DNA of 64,000 nt, taken from Phoronis australis. Lineage: Eukaryota > Animalia > Phoronida. The stretch spans positions 765,822 through 829,821 of the forward strand of contig NMRA01000100.1 in assembly GCA_002633005.1 (NCBI GenBank), read 5' to 3'. This document shows, piece after piece, positions 25,001-39,600 of this stretch (position 1 is its first letter; each line of letters starts with the position of its first letter). Both the position numbers and the translations under genes were made by a program. The notes beneath the pieces were generated by a model. It had not been told where the DNA came from. It was given only the letters and a program-made list of their open reading frames with translations, and searched no databases.

Positions 25001-27451
25001 ATTTCCATGAAGGTTCAGCTCCACCAAGTACAAGTTCAGCGTAAGATGTACTGATAAACAGTGACAGCAAAACTAATACGATCCAATACTATGGAACGTT
25101 TTATCGGCTCCGTAATTAGAAAAGCAGATTAGCACAAATGACCGTGTTTGCCAATCAAGAGACATCTTAATGAACGCTCTGAGCTGAGTGGCCTCTCGCT
25201 GACAATTCACTCCTCATTGCGTCAAACGGACCGCCACCACTTTGTCGTCACAAGAGCAGTTACCGTGGAAACAGTTATGACAATACTAGACCCTGATTAC
25301 AAAATAGTAGAAACCAAACCCCCCTGTGAGCATTGAGTCTCAAATTGGCATCAGTTGGAGGAGGGTTAATCTAGTTTTCAGCTGAATCAATACAATAAAT
25401 ATAAGGAGACTACAGCCCAATCCCTATTTTTGTTACGCAATATGGAAATTCCAACGGCAAGCCGTTAATGCCACATGGGCTAGTGAAGTCATATCTACCA
25501 AATCGTCTTTAAACCTAGGAAATAGCTGCCAGTTGATAAAGCCCTTTGATGTTTCACAAAGTTGTCTAAATGTCAGTCCTCCTGTAACCATTGTTCTGAT
25601 ATGAATCCTCAATTTATTGCTTGTCATTGAATTTACATTTTTTTACTTTGATACCTTTCTTTTCTTATCGAGCTATCTTCTAACTGCCACTGATTAATAC
25701 AATGATATCTCAGACTCCAAAAAGTCAAACATGATTCTGGGTCAACAAAATGCAGGTGATCCATTCATTGAAAAAGACCCTTAAATGAGGGTGGAAATTT
25801 CATCAACAACAAACAAGTTCGTAGTAAGTGAATTTCTACCTGTTCAACATTGCCACAAACTATGAAAAACCTATTTTATCTCACAATAGTTTTTCGTCAA
25901 ATTCATGACAGGATATTTTCTAAATCCTTATGACTATAGATAAAAAAACACATTTGCAATAGCCTACAGACAACTTAAATAAATGCCAGGTGTGAAATGC
26001 ATACTCGCAATATACAATATACATAAACAAGTTCTCTTAGTCTTAAAATTTCTTTTGAGTACTGCAAACTTTGCAGATTGCAACAATTGAAACAATGAAA
26101 AGAATTTAACACTTAACAATTACACGGATGTCCAATGAATTACCACTCATAATGCTAAGATGATCTATTACAATTCCATCTTTGTGTCACGACTAATTAC
26201 CGGCACAAACTGAACAGGCAGGGGACCCAGGTTGCATAGTTTCTTTCAGGTAGCAATAATGATTCACGCGCCGTCGGAGACCATGGACCGCCAGGAATGC
26301 ATGGCCATTCCAAAAAACTACTCAGTTAGAAAAGTGGAAACTGCCGTGTGAAAAGCCATGCACATTGAATGGAAGCACCGCTGCATTACACTGGCGTAAC
26401 AATTCAACACTGGTGATCATTGAAACGGGGTTCCAGGTACTAAGCCCTTGCTTACTGAGACAACAGTTTTGAGCGCCATTCATGGGCAGACGGAACGTGA
26501 TCAAAGGAAGGGCCACCTTAAGGGCCTCGCCATCAAGCGGGCAACAACTTCTGATGCAACAAGCTTTTACTGCCCAACATATGAAAAGCAAAAATTTTCT
26601 TAGAACAAAAGCTGTTGTGGGTTCAATGTCAAACTGTGTCTGCCTTCTCTGTTGACACTCCGTATTAAAAGCATGAGAGAACATTCAGTGCAAGTACTTT
26701 AAATTGTTTCAAATTTCGTATTAAATATTTCTTGTTAAGATGGTGCAAAATCACGGCTTGAAACACAGCCTTAGGGAAAATGGTGACATTTCAACTGACT
26801 TATTTAGCAAATTAAGTTAGTGAAAGCAAGAGTTAACTGGCCACACACAGCCACCCCACACTGATATGAATTGCAGGTAACTTCTGGACCAGGTAATTAG
26901 TTTTCCTGTCTTTTGGGTTTAGAAAGTTCAAAAAAAGCACACGCCACTAAACCAGGAAATTAGAATTCAATAGGAAAACGTACCTAGTGTGTAAATGATA
27001 TTAAAGTGAGGGTTCTCTTGATAAGCCTTTGTAAAACTGGGAAAACTTTTGTTCTAACACAGGTCAACATGTAGGATTTAGAACAACTAGAAGCTGTACG
27101 GTAGTACAAAACCAATATACATTGCGACGAAATACAACAGCTAAATGGGAAAGAATGATTTTTTGAATAATCAAGTTACAGACAAAAATACTGACGATTA
27201 TTTGCTAGCAACACTACTCTAACACTACACCATGCAGATGGTAGTGTTGTGGATGACTGGTGGTGAGCACAAGTCATTACACATGGGGTTTGACAAGCAA
27301 TATGAGATGGAGATGGTCAGAAACTACCAATGGTCAGAAAATTTCGATTCCTCATACATCTCGGGGGGATTGATGCTGCTGACATCACTGCATTCTGACT
27401 CCTACGCGTCACAATGGAGAGCGTACTGTAATGTACGAGTTAAGTACTCAC

Positions 27452-27623
27452 GTTGCCAGCACCCGGCTTCTGTGGTCTTCCCACAGTTCTCATCAAACAT
27501 GGCGGGCATGGGGGCGGGCTTGAGTGGATGACCTCGCTGAAGCATGTTGGGAAGGGAGGAGGCTCGGGCTCTGGCTCCTTCTTGCGCTTCTTCTTGGATG
27601 AAATGTTGAGTTTCTGAGCCGCC
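27452..27623 (-). CDS. KIF26: KIF26 coding exon B (R-AAQKLNISSKKKRKK...PPPCPPCLMR...GAGN)
   Basis: ttacag|G acceptor, AAC|GTGAGT donor; 172 nt, phase 2 to 0; AAQKLN-SSKKK and PPP.PP.L pre-motor motifs of KIF26. Confidence 0.93.
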
Positions 27624-30600
27624 CTGTAAGCAAACAGTACCACGATGAATGTAACAGAACCAGCAACAGTGGACAGTGGCGAACAACATTTTAAGTACGG
27701 TAAAAATGCTCTAGTTTAGGACAGTGAAAAAATAATTATTAGGCTCAAGGTATTAGCTTGTACCAAATTTTAGAAATTCACAATATTGGGCATCCCAAAT
27801 TCAAGGAAAACTGACGTATAAGTAATCAGCGTTACATTTTATGAACTTTCAATTTTATTTTTAAACCCTGCTGTGCAGAACACATTGCTCCCACAATTTT
27901 AGAGATATGATACATGCAAAAAATGCCCGTGTCCCAAATTTTGGAATCAGTAAAATTTAATTTCAGCTTGGATTTTATTGTTCAATTTGGAAACTATTCC
28001 AAAGAGGATTTTTACAGTAAAACTAGGGAGGGGGTAAATAGAAATGGGATGTTGAACACTTGAGTAATCTTATCTTACACAATACATTGCTTTCATTTAA
28101 AACATTTGGTATTGCGAAGCCTTGCAGGGTTATACACCAACTGTACAAAAATGTAGGAAAAGTTGACAAATTTTGCATGACAAAGTTATGGCTACAATAA
28201 GGCATTAAAGAAAACAAAAATAACTGTAAGAATTAGCTGAAAATGTTTTGACAGGAATTTTTGAGAAAAGTTTAACAAAGCAATGTTTGTCAACCTTTTC
28301 CTTGATGACTGTCACACGTTTCGTGCTTTTCTTTATCAGAAAAGATAAGGTGTGAATTGCATTTACTCCACAAATCAAACCCATGAATACAACTGACAGT
28401 TACCATTAGAACTATCAGTTGCTTCTTTCAAAAATAAAAAACTTGCTGACCTCACTTTTCAGTGTCATCAACGAACTAATGTACCTATTCAAACATGGAA
28501 TAACACTAATTTCTGAATAATGAGACAGTGAATGGCACACTTTAAGCAAATAAAAGCTGGAAGTTTGCAACTAATAGCAATTCTTCACATATTTAGTAGA
28601 CAACACGGCAGACGATAGAAATTATATTTTGTCAAATTTTCCAACAAAAATAAAGATTAAGAAAATGTTAGTCCATTGCAAGCTACGTATATACCGAACG
28701 TCCTTAAACAATAACCAGTAAAGTGTCCATCATTTGCAGGCGGGTAACTAGTTTCTTGAAATGGTAATCATTCTTGTGCAAAGTAGGAAGAACTGCCACA
28801 TGTACCACTCAGGTAACTGCAGAGGGAGCTAGTGTTCTCTCTATAGTGTCACTTTGGAGTGACCACTGAAGCAGAACTAAGGGCATCCAATTACATAGCC
28901 ATGCCAGCCACAACAGCTCCAACAAGGGTTGAAATCATTGCAAATTGAATACCCTCATAACCAACACACACAGATGCAAGGTAGAGTGAAAAACTTTCAC
29001 GTCACAACATATTCAGGGTACTCATGTTGATGCAGTAAGTGAACTGTAAACTGTTTTGTTTTATTGTTGACTTTATAAACTTGTAGCTGATGTTGCCATG
29101 AAGTGAATTGTTTTAATAAAGCTTTAAGCAGATTCACTGGCTTCCTCACAACGAAGAATTCCATTTACTGACTGGCATTTCAGTTTCAATGTTTTTAAAA
29201 AAATCTTGAGTGCGTTATTTCATTGATCACATAAGTGAAATGCGATGACATATAAACACAATAAAATTCGGCAACAATTTTCCCAAAAACATGAAAAATT
29301 ATGAGGATATCTCAAATGAACATTTCTTCTATTCTTCAGCAGGGAAATAGACTTCACAGACCTAAGGTGAGATCCAGTGTCTAAAGTAGCCCCATTTCCA
29401 GGGCCCAAAACACCCATCTGTTCCTACCACCCGTGATTTACCCAACTTATGTTCAGTTCAGGTGACCAACAGAAGCTAGTTGTTTGCTGCAATAAACATT
29501 GAGAACTGTTATTAGTTTAATCCTAGGTGGGCTGGCCACTAGTGATTGTATCCAGACCCCTGCCAACAATATACCATTCATGAGCCATGGTGTACAGCCT
29601 AAAAGAGTGACACCATTAATATCATTCAGAACCCATAATTAATAACACTAAATCAGAAATTTGGCCAAACATTGAATTATGCAATTAACGTCTGCAAAGA
29701 GAATGTAAGATTTATGCACCTAACTGACATCAGTGTTTCATGACTTCGTGTCAAGCTATGTAAAGTTTTATATAAAATTTGAATAGTCCCAACAACTGAA
29801 GTGTCAAATTCATTACTGCCAGAAGTACAAAGGAGGCCATGTGATTAACCAAATCCTAGTTTAAAATGGACAGTTTTAGTGTATTACACACTTAACTCTG
29901 GGTTAAATGAGTTGAAAGATTGGATAAATACGGATATGTTTTGAAGCAAAACTAATAGGACATAAATAAAGTGTGCGGATATAATTAAATGAATCGCTCG
30001 TGACTGAGAGAAAAAGACAGTGATTAAATCATGACAAACAGTAGACTCTTAGTCTACAGTGAAACAAAAAACAAGCAGAGATTCTAACTACACCCAGTCT
30101 CGGACAACTAATGAATTTCCAAGGTTAACTAGATGAGAATTGATTCTATCGCATGGATAACCAGCACTGGATTACAGGCAACTCTATTACAATAAAATGC
30201 AAATGCACCTAAGCATGTCAAAGGCTAATTTGAAATCACAACACTGGCTCCAGTGTCAACAGAAGGAACCAGCTCCAACTGGCATTTGGACTTATGTGGA
30301 TTGTGAAGTGTTTGGTGAGAACACTATGGGGGAGTTCCATATAGATAAAACAGACATGTGCCGTACACACCAAAAGTAGTCAGACAAAATGACTCTGAAT
30401 TTCTCCATCAGGTTGGCTGGTCGGAAGCCAAATCCATGTCAGAGTGGTCTTCTCCCATGACCGTTAATGCTGTAGAGTTAACAGGAAAGTTAGCAAGGTG
30501 GTTCAGCCATTCTGTAATTGGAATGTTGCTGTCATTACAGCAACAGCATTTCCAATCATTTTGCTGTTTGAAAACATATTTAGCCATCACAATTGAGAAA

Positions 30601-33600
30601 ATGATGTTCTGTCAGATTATTTTCATCTTGTACGATATTGTAGACTTTTTACTGCCAAATACAAAATAAAGTCACGATGATAAGGCTGAAAAAATAAAAT
30701 GCTGTTTGATGACAGCTCTATAGCACAAATGAAGCTAAACATACTGCTAAATTCCCAGTACAAAATTAAGTAGTATTAACCACTAACATAGATATTATAT
30801 TTAGCAGTTAGGTTGTGAGATGGACAAGCAAAGGTAGTGAAAAGGTACATGATTTATTCTAACAGGAGAGCTTAGCTGTAACTAATTTTGAGTAACACCA
30901 TTACTGTAAAATTTTTAATGTAGGTGACCCAAAAAAAAGTCAGTTCTCAAGGCCAAATAATAGAACATGTTCCGCATTATGCATTAAATGTTACAGATAA
31001 AGTTTAACAAAGTTATAAACTTAGGAGAATGTCCCGAGTTTTTCAAGATGATGATCAATATAAATTAACAACAAAAACAATTAAAAACCAGATTTTGGCA
31101 GTTAAACTGAATGTGGGAGAAAGCCTGCATGGATATGGTATTATGTGACATTAACCACCAAGAACATGCCTCCTTCCACTGTTATTGCCTACATTTTAGT
31201 TCACTTTCCAGCTTGGTGGGGCAAGACTATACTGGTGTCTACAGAGACTCCCTGATCAACTTTGACTCTTCCCTCTGGCCCAGTAGATGGTCAATAACCC
31301 TGCTGATCCTCCAACAAAAGATCAATCTGATCTTGTTTAGAACAAGTCAATAACAGAGCAGTTAGTGATAAAAGATAAAGATGGCTAAGGCACAACTATT
31401 ACCAGTAGACAAGCCAACACTAAGCCAGTCAGAAAGAGCAAATCCAGGTGCTGCAAAGATTCCAATGAAAGAAGTTGCCCGATTTACTAAATCTCTATAA
31501 TTAGGCCCGGGTACACACTTGACGTAGACTAGATTCTCATGGATACTCAAGTACCACAAGCACATTATTCTCTATCCTCGTGCAGTCACGGACCGCATAA
31601 CATTCATGCCATTATTACTGGGTTCAATTTGTACGCAGGTGCCCAGCACTTCTACGCAGTGAATGTCACAATCTTATGGTAGACGTTGAAAAAATATGAC
31701 CAACATTTGTCAGAATCAAGAATTTTGCAGTCCTTTCACTTAAGCATTTTGTATCGGACAACTTCCCCAGGGGCAAGATTTCCATACCCATCATACAAGC
31801 ACAGCCGCTTTGACAGTTGGTGAAACAGCGAGAATCATTCTACAAGGGAAGTCCTGGCTCATATACCAGCAGGTTAAGTCTTTATCCATGAATAAATACC
31901 AATTCCACTTAACCCATTTCCATAACTGAGGGCAAGAGCAGCTTTCAGCTAATGTGTCTCACTCTGCCATCCTCAATAACACTATTCATCACAGTACATA
32001 GCCTATGAATCTTCTTAACAACCATTATTTTCACTTGGACATTGTGCTCAATTGCAATCTTACTGACGTCTGACTGACAGCTGAGAATTTGGTATATTTA
32101 ACCAATTAACCATTCATTAAGTCAATTTCAATGAAGATAACCTGATACAAAAAAAAATAAAAAATAAGCTGAGAAAGCTACAACACAGCTAATGAAAGAA
32201 GACTGAGTTGAAAGGCAAACCTTCTGAAGGTAGACTAAGCATCAACCAACACGTGAAAAATGACGAAACTTATAACATGATTTAATCAAGGAGTTACGGT
32301 ATCAAAGATTTTAAGATTTTAAAATTCTACACAGGGACCAATGAACTATTGCTAAGCTAAAATTTTACCCTACCTATCTTTCTGCATTATCCAAGTTTAC
32401 AATGAGGATAATCCATTTGCAAATATACTCCAGGAAAGCCTCTGCTATCAGCTGATGGGGACTCAACAGTGCAGTTGTATTATTCTCAATGAACATGGTA
32501 GTAACATCATTGCACACCACAAGCAGCCAACTGAGTGGGGAGTAAGGTCATGTGCAAAGTCATTGACCAATGGGAACACAGTAAAGTTGTGGTAAGTAGT
32601 CCAGGACATGATACCAGGCGCAGACAATCTGGAATTCTCAGCGAGAAATAATCCAGGATCCTCAAGAGAAATTTGTACAAAATCCTCAAGAAAAGTGAAC
32701 TTTTATACAAAAAATAATAGATTTGAAAACACTCAGGAGACATGTGTGAGGTTGAGACCACAAACCGCGATTTGAGTTATTGTATACTGGAATAGTAATC
32801 AGAAGATGCTCTGATCCTAGTAAATTGGCAATGACAGCCAGTGAAAACAGAAAACCAACCAATTTGGATCACATTCAATGTGTTTACAGCATCATTGGTA
32901 AGTTCTAAGAAGCCAAACAGCAGGCATCAAAATTAACAATAGACTCTGTTCTAACACCAACCACATTCCACAATATTCTAGTTAAATATAAATTTAATTG
33001 ACACTTGTCCAACTGTACTGACTGGGAATGAACTGGTTGAAATATGTCAACATCTTGACAATGGACCCTGGTATGAACTAAAACCCATGACCAGAACTTC
33101 TGATAATTGCCAGTTCAAATCAAAACCACAATTTAAAGGGGAGTCATTAGGATAACTATTCCAAACCCTCAGGGCTCTGCTGTTGACTGAGCAGAAATAT
33201 CTCCAGTGAATGAAAATGAAAATAAAATAATATGTCCCATTAAAAGAAAACAATCCAAAAGAAAAACAGAAACAAATTAAACTCTCTTAAAAATAACTGT
33301 TATACCATGCAAAATGGTGGCTACAAAGCACAATTATTTCACCAATTATTCATCACCCCTCAATGAAACTTGTGATTTGTCCACTCTGACCGTTGGTCAC
33401 ACCGGCGGTCCAGAACACCTACTAGCTTTGATCAGTAACCTGTAGCGTTTTGCCAGTACAACTGGCGTCAGCATGCTCAGACAACTGTACACTTTTGAAT
33501 ACTGTATGTAAATCACTTCACAAAGCAGTTTAATGAGCGGGACAGCTTGAAAGATACAATGCACACCGACCTTGATTTGATTAATTAATCACAATAAATG

Positions 33601-36600
33601 GCCACTATTTTCAACATCCTTGTACCAAGTGAAATGTTAAATTATTGTTGGCTATGAATGATCCATGACGCAAGCTTCATGGTGGAAGTGACACTGATTT
33701 GACCAATTAAACGTTATCAACCATAACAAAAATTGTTTTGAGAACTTTGACACCTTTAGTGTAGATTTAAATAATGACGCGACTGCCTCATAGCATATTT
33801 ATGCCCTTAGGCAACGCATGCTGCAAAGTCGATTCAGGTATGGTTAATAAACTTAAAGATCTCATTTCTAAAACAAACATTAAAAATGCAATTCTCCTGA
33901 CTGACCCCGAGCAGCCTGCCAATGAACCCAACTATTGAAGCCAATAAAACCGCACAATCGCATATTTACAGTTACTATTCACTATATAGCAGTTGGCATT
34001 TCTGACACCACAACCACTACATTCGTGTACGCCAACTCCCTCTGGTGAATTCCTCGGTCACTAATAAAAGAAACAGGGTGGGTGAGGTGAGTGACCACTA
34101 GATATTTTTCTTTCCCTGGACATTTTAGAAGAGATCTCGATAAAGTGAAGTAGTCTGCACAGTCATGTTTAACTAATAATGTCAAGAAGGTGGATAAACA
34201 GTGTAGAATAGGGCCCTGGTAACAAATTACAATTACAATAGAACTCACTATTTGAAGATATTCTCAACTTGATGAATATCAGTCAGAATAACTAAATCAC
34301 TAGGGTCAATCTGTCTACTAGAGCTCAGGCAATGTTTACATATATTTATTGTTTACAATTGAGCTACATACTGCAATGAAAGGTTTACAAATCCTTAATG
34401 ACAACATGTTCTCCAGTAATATTTGGGGTCAACTGGCACACAAGTATAAGCAAACACCTCTGAAGGTATAGAAAGAGCTGATAATCCTGGACTGAACAAG
34501 ACATCAACAGTTTTAACACTGGTTACCATAATGAATCTATGTGAAAATATTTTTCAAAGTCATTAACATTTTAGGCTCAAGAACTCCCCTGGGAAAACTC
34601 AACAAATAATTTCAAGTACAAGAAATCCCTCGGTTACTGGAGATGAAACAAGTTTTTCACTTGGAACATCAAGCAGTAGTCCATGAATGTGAGCCAGACT
34701 GTCTCACATTTGTCAAATTCACTCAGGTATAGTAGTAATTGTGACAACTGAACACCTTACAAAACGTATATAAACTGCATGGTGTGGTGACAATGCACAA
34801 AGGAGTGACATTGAAAGTTCGGGTCATGGAGTGCGAATCTGGTAAATTCGTGTAGCTGAACATGCAAGGAATCCCACTCCGTGTAATGCTGGGTGAAAAA
34901 AAATTGCTTAAAGCTTCATCGTCCGAATCATTAAAAACCATTGTTTTGACTCGTGTTTTGGGATGGAACCCTTTGTTCTTTTTGTTTTCTTTGTAAAACA
35001 AACTAAGTGTTCCTGATTACATGTGATAAAAACGAACCAAACGGAGTTCATTAATAGTTTCAACGGCAACATTAGTCATTGCTAACATGACATAATCCAG
35101 TTTGAAATTTACAAATTGGAATTACTTAGTGAGTGGATGTTTAAAGGAGTTCTACTTGCTTTGCACTCAATTTTTATTTTCCATTTCAAAAACCAAAAAT
35201 ACAGATGTGCTGTGTACTATTCAGTGACCCGTTTCACTGACGTCCCCCTTTTGCCCAAGGGGTGACTGGGGACAGAGCGGCAGACATAAAGGGTTGATTG
35301 AACCCTGGGCCATCCACCTGATCAATACTTAGATAAGATAATATATATTGGGAAGCTGCTTACGTCAAATGGGGTTCTCTCCTGTTGGTTAAAATGTAAA
35401 TATACTGCAGGCCTCGGGAAAGAAAAAATTAACATTGAATCAAACTCACAGATTTTACAAGTTTAAAGCTGCATGTCACACATTTCTCTGTCATTGTTGA
35501 ATTCTTAACCAAAACGCTTAGCGTTTTAATCAGCTCATCTGATCTTGAATTTTTATCGTCAGAGCCAGTTACTCAAGTCACAACCTATTCATACATGCGC
35601 CACTTTTGAAACTGTAATTTCAGGTTTAACAAACCCTAATAAAATCTGAAGCTTTTTTCTGAGTTGCTGATGGTTTTGATGTTCCTATAGCTGACACATA
35701 TAGAATCATGAAAAGAAATATTATGAGACAAATTTCATGAGCTAAAAATCCTATTTGATTTTCATTTTTATCTATCACTATCTATCTCTCTTGAAACACT
35801 TCACACTTGAAGTCGAGTATTCTGAAGTGGTACATGTTACGAAATTAAAAGTGCAATGGTGAGATTTGTATGTATTCAGGTGAAGAGAGTGAAATGAGGT
35901 TTAAAGAACAGAACTTGATAACATCAGAATCTTGTCATATAAACTTCACAAAACTGTAAAATTAGTACATAAACTGGTTACTTTGTAGACAAAAAAGTTC
36001 ATTAAAATTCATGAAGTGGGGAATCAAAGGCTCCTTATGAACTAAACCCTATCAGTTCCAATTACTACTGGTACAAAACTGTCAAAACAGAAACACAACT
36101 CTTGTAATCCAAGATCCGCTGCACTGAAGTACTACCCAGACAGGATTCTGTAGACAGAGCAATTTTTGCAGCTCTCGTGCATGGTTAATCTGAGTCAAAC
36201 TTCTGTTCAGGCCAGACCAAGGGGCCACTTGCTTCATTGATCAGCGATACCATGCCTCGTCGCACGTCTCAGCGATCAGGCAGCCAGACACAGAGTGTCG
36301 CCTGTAATGTTACACCTTTGACTCAGGTAACTGGGAGATGGTGGCTGTACTGAATACTGAGCGTGCACCACAGGCCATCACCAGGCCATAAACCTATCAG
36401 CAACAACCTGTTGCCCCACTACAAACTTGACTGCTAGGAATTTAATTGAGCAAGGGCCATTCCTAGGCACTGGCATACTAACTTCTCTTATGGCATACAT
36501 TATCAGAACCAGCACAAGAGTGCAGGCATCATAGTGTCCTCTACAGTTCTAAAATGAAAACACTACAAGAAAATGTACTACCAATGCCCAACCATTCAGG

Positions 36601-39600
36601 ATGAGTATTTCCTGATCAGCGTCCTGCGAACTGACCAATATGTATATTCACAAGCAAATGAATATTTCAGAATACTGGTTGAACATGCACAAACATCAAC
36701 AGGTGTCAAAAGTGACTGCAAAAATATTGGTAGTTTCACACAGCATTAAACAGACACAAGTCATGGCCATGACAAACAGAATGCGATTACACAGCAGCGT
36801 TTCTCTTTCGCAGATAAATCTGTAAATTTGACTTATTCACGGCCCATCACACAAATCCTGTCCTGCAGCTGAGCTGTAGGAACCAGCAGTAGTACCTGCT
36901 AGCAAAACACCAGGTATTCAATAGGTCCAGCAGAGGTGACATCACAAACCAAACATGGCAGGTGACCTGCCCTTGTGTGGTCTGGCTGGTCCTCTTGCAG
37001 TGACCACTGCGTTACGCAACATCGTGTTAATAGGAGGGGTGAGAAAATTCTTTTTGTAAATGCTCGCTGTGCAATACAGTGTTTAGTTTAATACTTCACA
37101 GAAGAAATTTTGCACTTGCTAGCTTGAACTATTTTAGTATTGTTTAGAAATGATCGTAACAGCTTCGAAGAAAATTCCTTTGCATATCTTTGATGCATTC
37201 AGCAAAATGTTTGAAAGTATTAAACAGCTGTGTCGTAAAGCCATTCAGTAACAAAATCACAAAATCAAAATGACATCTGAGAAGGAATATTTTCATTATT
37301 TTGAAATCGCTATACAGCACAGTCCAACTACACACCACACCAAAGGAATGTGGCCACTTCACCACTCACCAGCTCTGCGCTGTCACAAAAACACAGACTT
37401 AACACTTTTATTGACACCTACCAATAAAGTATAATTAGAAAATCACTTGATGTCATTTTTACTCTAAGTGGCCCTGCTGACTATGGAAACATGTGTCACA
37501 TTATTGGTAGCCAGCGGCCATTTTCTATAGCACGTGATTAGGAGCCAGCTCACCACAACCACTTCATGTTGACCACTTTAACATAGTATCAAGCAGACAA
37601 CTTCTGCTTTAAATCGACTGAATGCACATCACATGTTGGTAGGTGAAACCCAAAATCCTGAGAGTACTTGGCAAGGATTACAGGTGAGCACTTCTGCAAA
37701 GACATTCTCTCCTTCCATAAACCCAGTCCTTATAATGAGAGTTAAAGATGGTGTAACAAGCCTCTATAAGTACAGTACTCAGCACACATATGGCAATATG
37801 AAAAGCACATCACAGTTCTTGACAACACTAATGAACCCAAAAATCTTGACGATACGACAAAATCTCACCAACTTTGGACAAAAATTACCCTCCTTACACG
37901 ATTATTATATTGTTGGGCACTTCTGAGTAAGCATACAGGAGACCAGCCATACACTATAGAAGAAGACTGCAGCGCAGGACAAAAGTATTAAGACAAAATT
38001 ACCCCGAATTCCCCCCATCATGACGGCTGGCCGAAAGATAAATTTGTTGCCAGAATAACATACCTTTATGACCCAGAATGAAGGAATATTACCTGGAAAA
38101 TTATTTATGTGGCTAAGCCATTCTGTAATTAGAATATTTCTGCCACAATAGTCATTCCAAGTGATTTTTACTGTTAACAGAATTTGCCTTCGGAAACCGC
38201 ATTTTGTCCGATTACTTTTGTTTTGTACTGTATACCTGTCTATTAGATTCCTTGTATGAGCAATGCAACTCACAGCGCAATAGACAACCATTGCTGGAGT
38301 GAGAACAGTGACGGTACAATTATTTCGACAAAAAGCAAAAAACCCTACCACAACTGTTGAAGTTACGGCACGACAGATGTGCTGCATTGTGGGTAAACGT
38401 TGTTGAATATAGAGTGGAGGTGATGCTTATTGCTTGTTAGCCAAAAGCTAGAAAACCCAAACAAAACATCACAGTTTACTGCTTAGAAGGTTTAACTACC
38501 AACTTGTCTTCAAGAAATGACACTAACATGCTATTGGCCGCATGTCTTCTGTACAAAAGCAGAGCCTGGGGGTCTAGACCTTCTATAGCTGCATCAATTA
38601 TTGAGCACCAGAAACCTACTATCTTAATCCATCCATGCTAAGACCTACGACAAATATTTTGACGACTTTTTGATCCGATGGCAGGTCCTATGCCCGCGGG
38701 GCCAGGGATTTCTAAAGTTATTTCAAGTTCCGTCACTCCCACACTTTACCTATCAGAAAAGAATATCTGTTAAGTAAAAGTTAGCTGAGCTAAGCTCATG
38801 GAAATTTGTGAATGGCATAGGAGAGAAAGAGTCACTGGACCACAAGAGGCTGGAATCAACACAAGCTGACAGTACCTGTGGTGAACTGAATTGAATTTAC
38901 AGTGTATATGACTTGATGGAATCCAATTTAGGCTTCAAAGTCATATAAAATTTCAAAATATGAACTAAAGATCTATTTTTAATTTCGACTCAAATACGTC
39001 ACCTAACAAATTATTTGCTACCTTTCTTTTGTCATATCTTTAGAATGCTTTCTTTGCAAGGCGCAGTTTTTTCAACAAAATTTTGTTAAATAAACTAGTG
39101 AAAGAAGCACACTATAAAGAAAAAATGCTGTGAGTTCAATACAGCTCAATACCTTCTTAGTATCACATAACTGAACATCCCATACATGTTGCTCAAAGAA
39201 TGAAAATGGGGTTGCACAAAAGTTCCTCAGCGACTTTCATCAAAACACAATTAGAAATCCTAAATATGCCGGAAAGAACTCACATATCCACTGAAGAATT
39301 TTCTGCTAACCAGACGGAAAAAAAACAACAGCTAAAGACTTTCACGGTCCACCAGCCCATATATCAGCCAGCCGGAGGATGACTGCCAATCACACGGACT
39401 GACAATAGTGGCTTTGAGAAAGTGACAAATCGATGTTTGTACTACAGCAAAATACAAGTCAAACAGCCAATTCAATAGCACATATAACTGTGAACCAGCA
39501 ATTATTGGGTTGTAACAATTAAGTCAATACCTACAAGCTGGAGTCAATGAGCGTATTTGTACACACTGTTGACCATGGCTCTATAGTCTCTGAGGTGATG

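Noticed and set aside
26270-26295. REST/RE1-like motif (accatggac)
   Set aside because: Only a partial match to the 21-bp consensus
34723-35001. ORF MVFNDSDDEALSNFFSP as alternative first exon
   Set aside because: No good phase-2 donor found
37370-37379. 10-nt micro-exon (gacag|CGCAGAGCTG|gtgagt)
   Set aside because: Good-looking sites but not frame-preserving and no in-phase ATG
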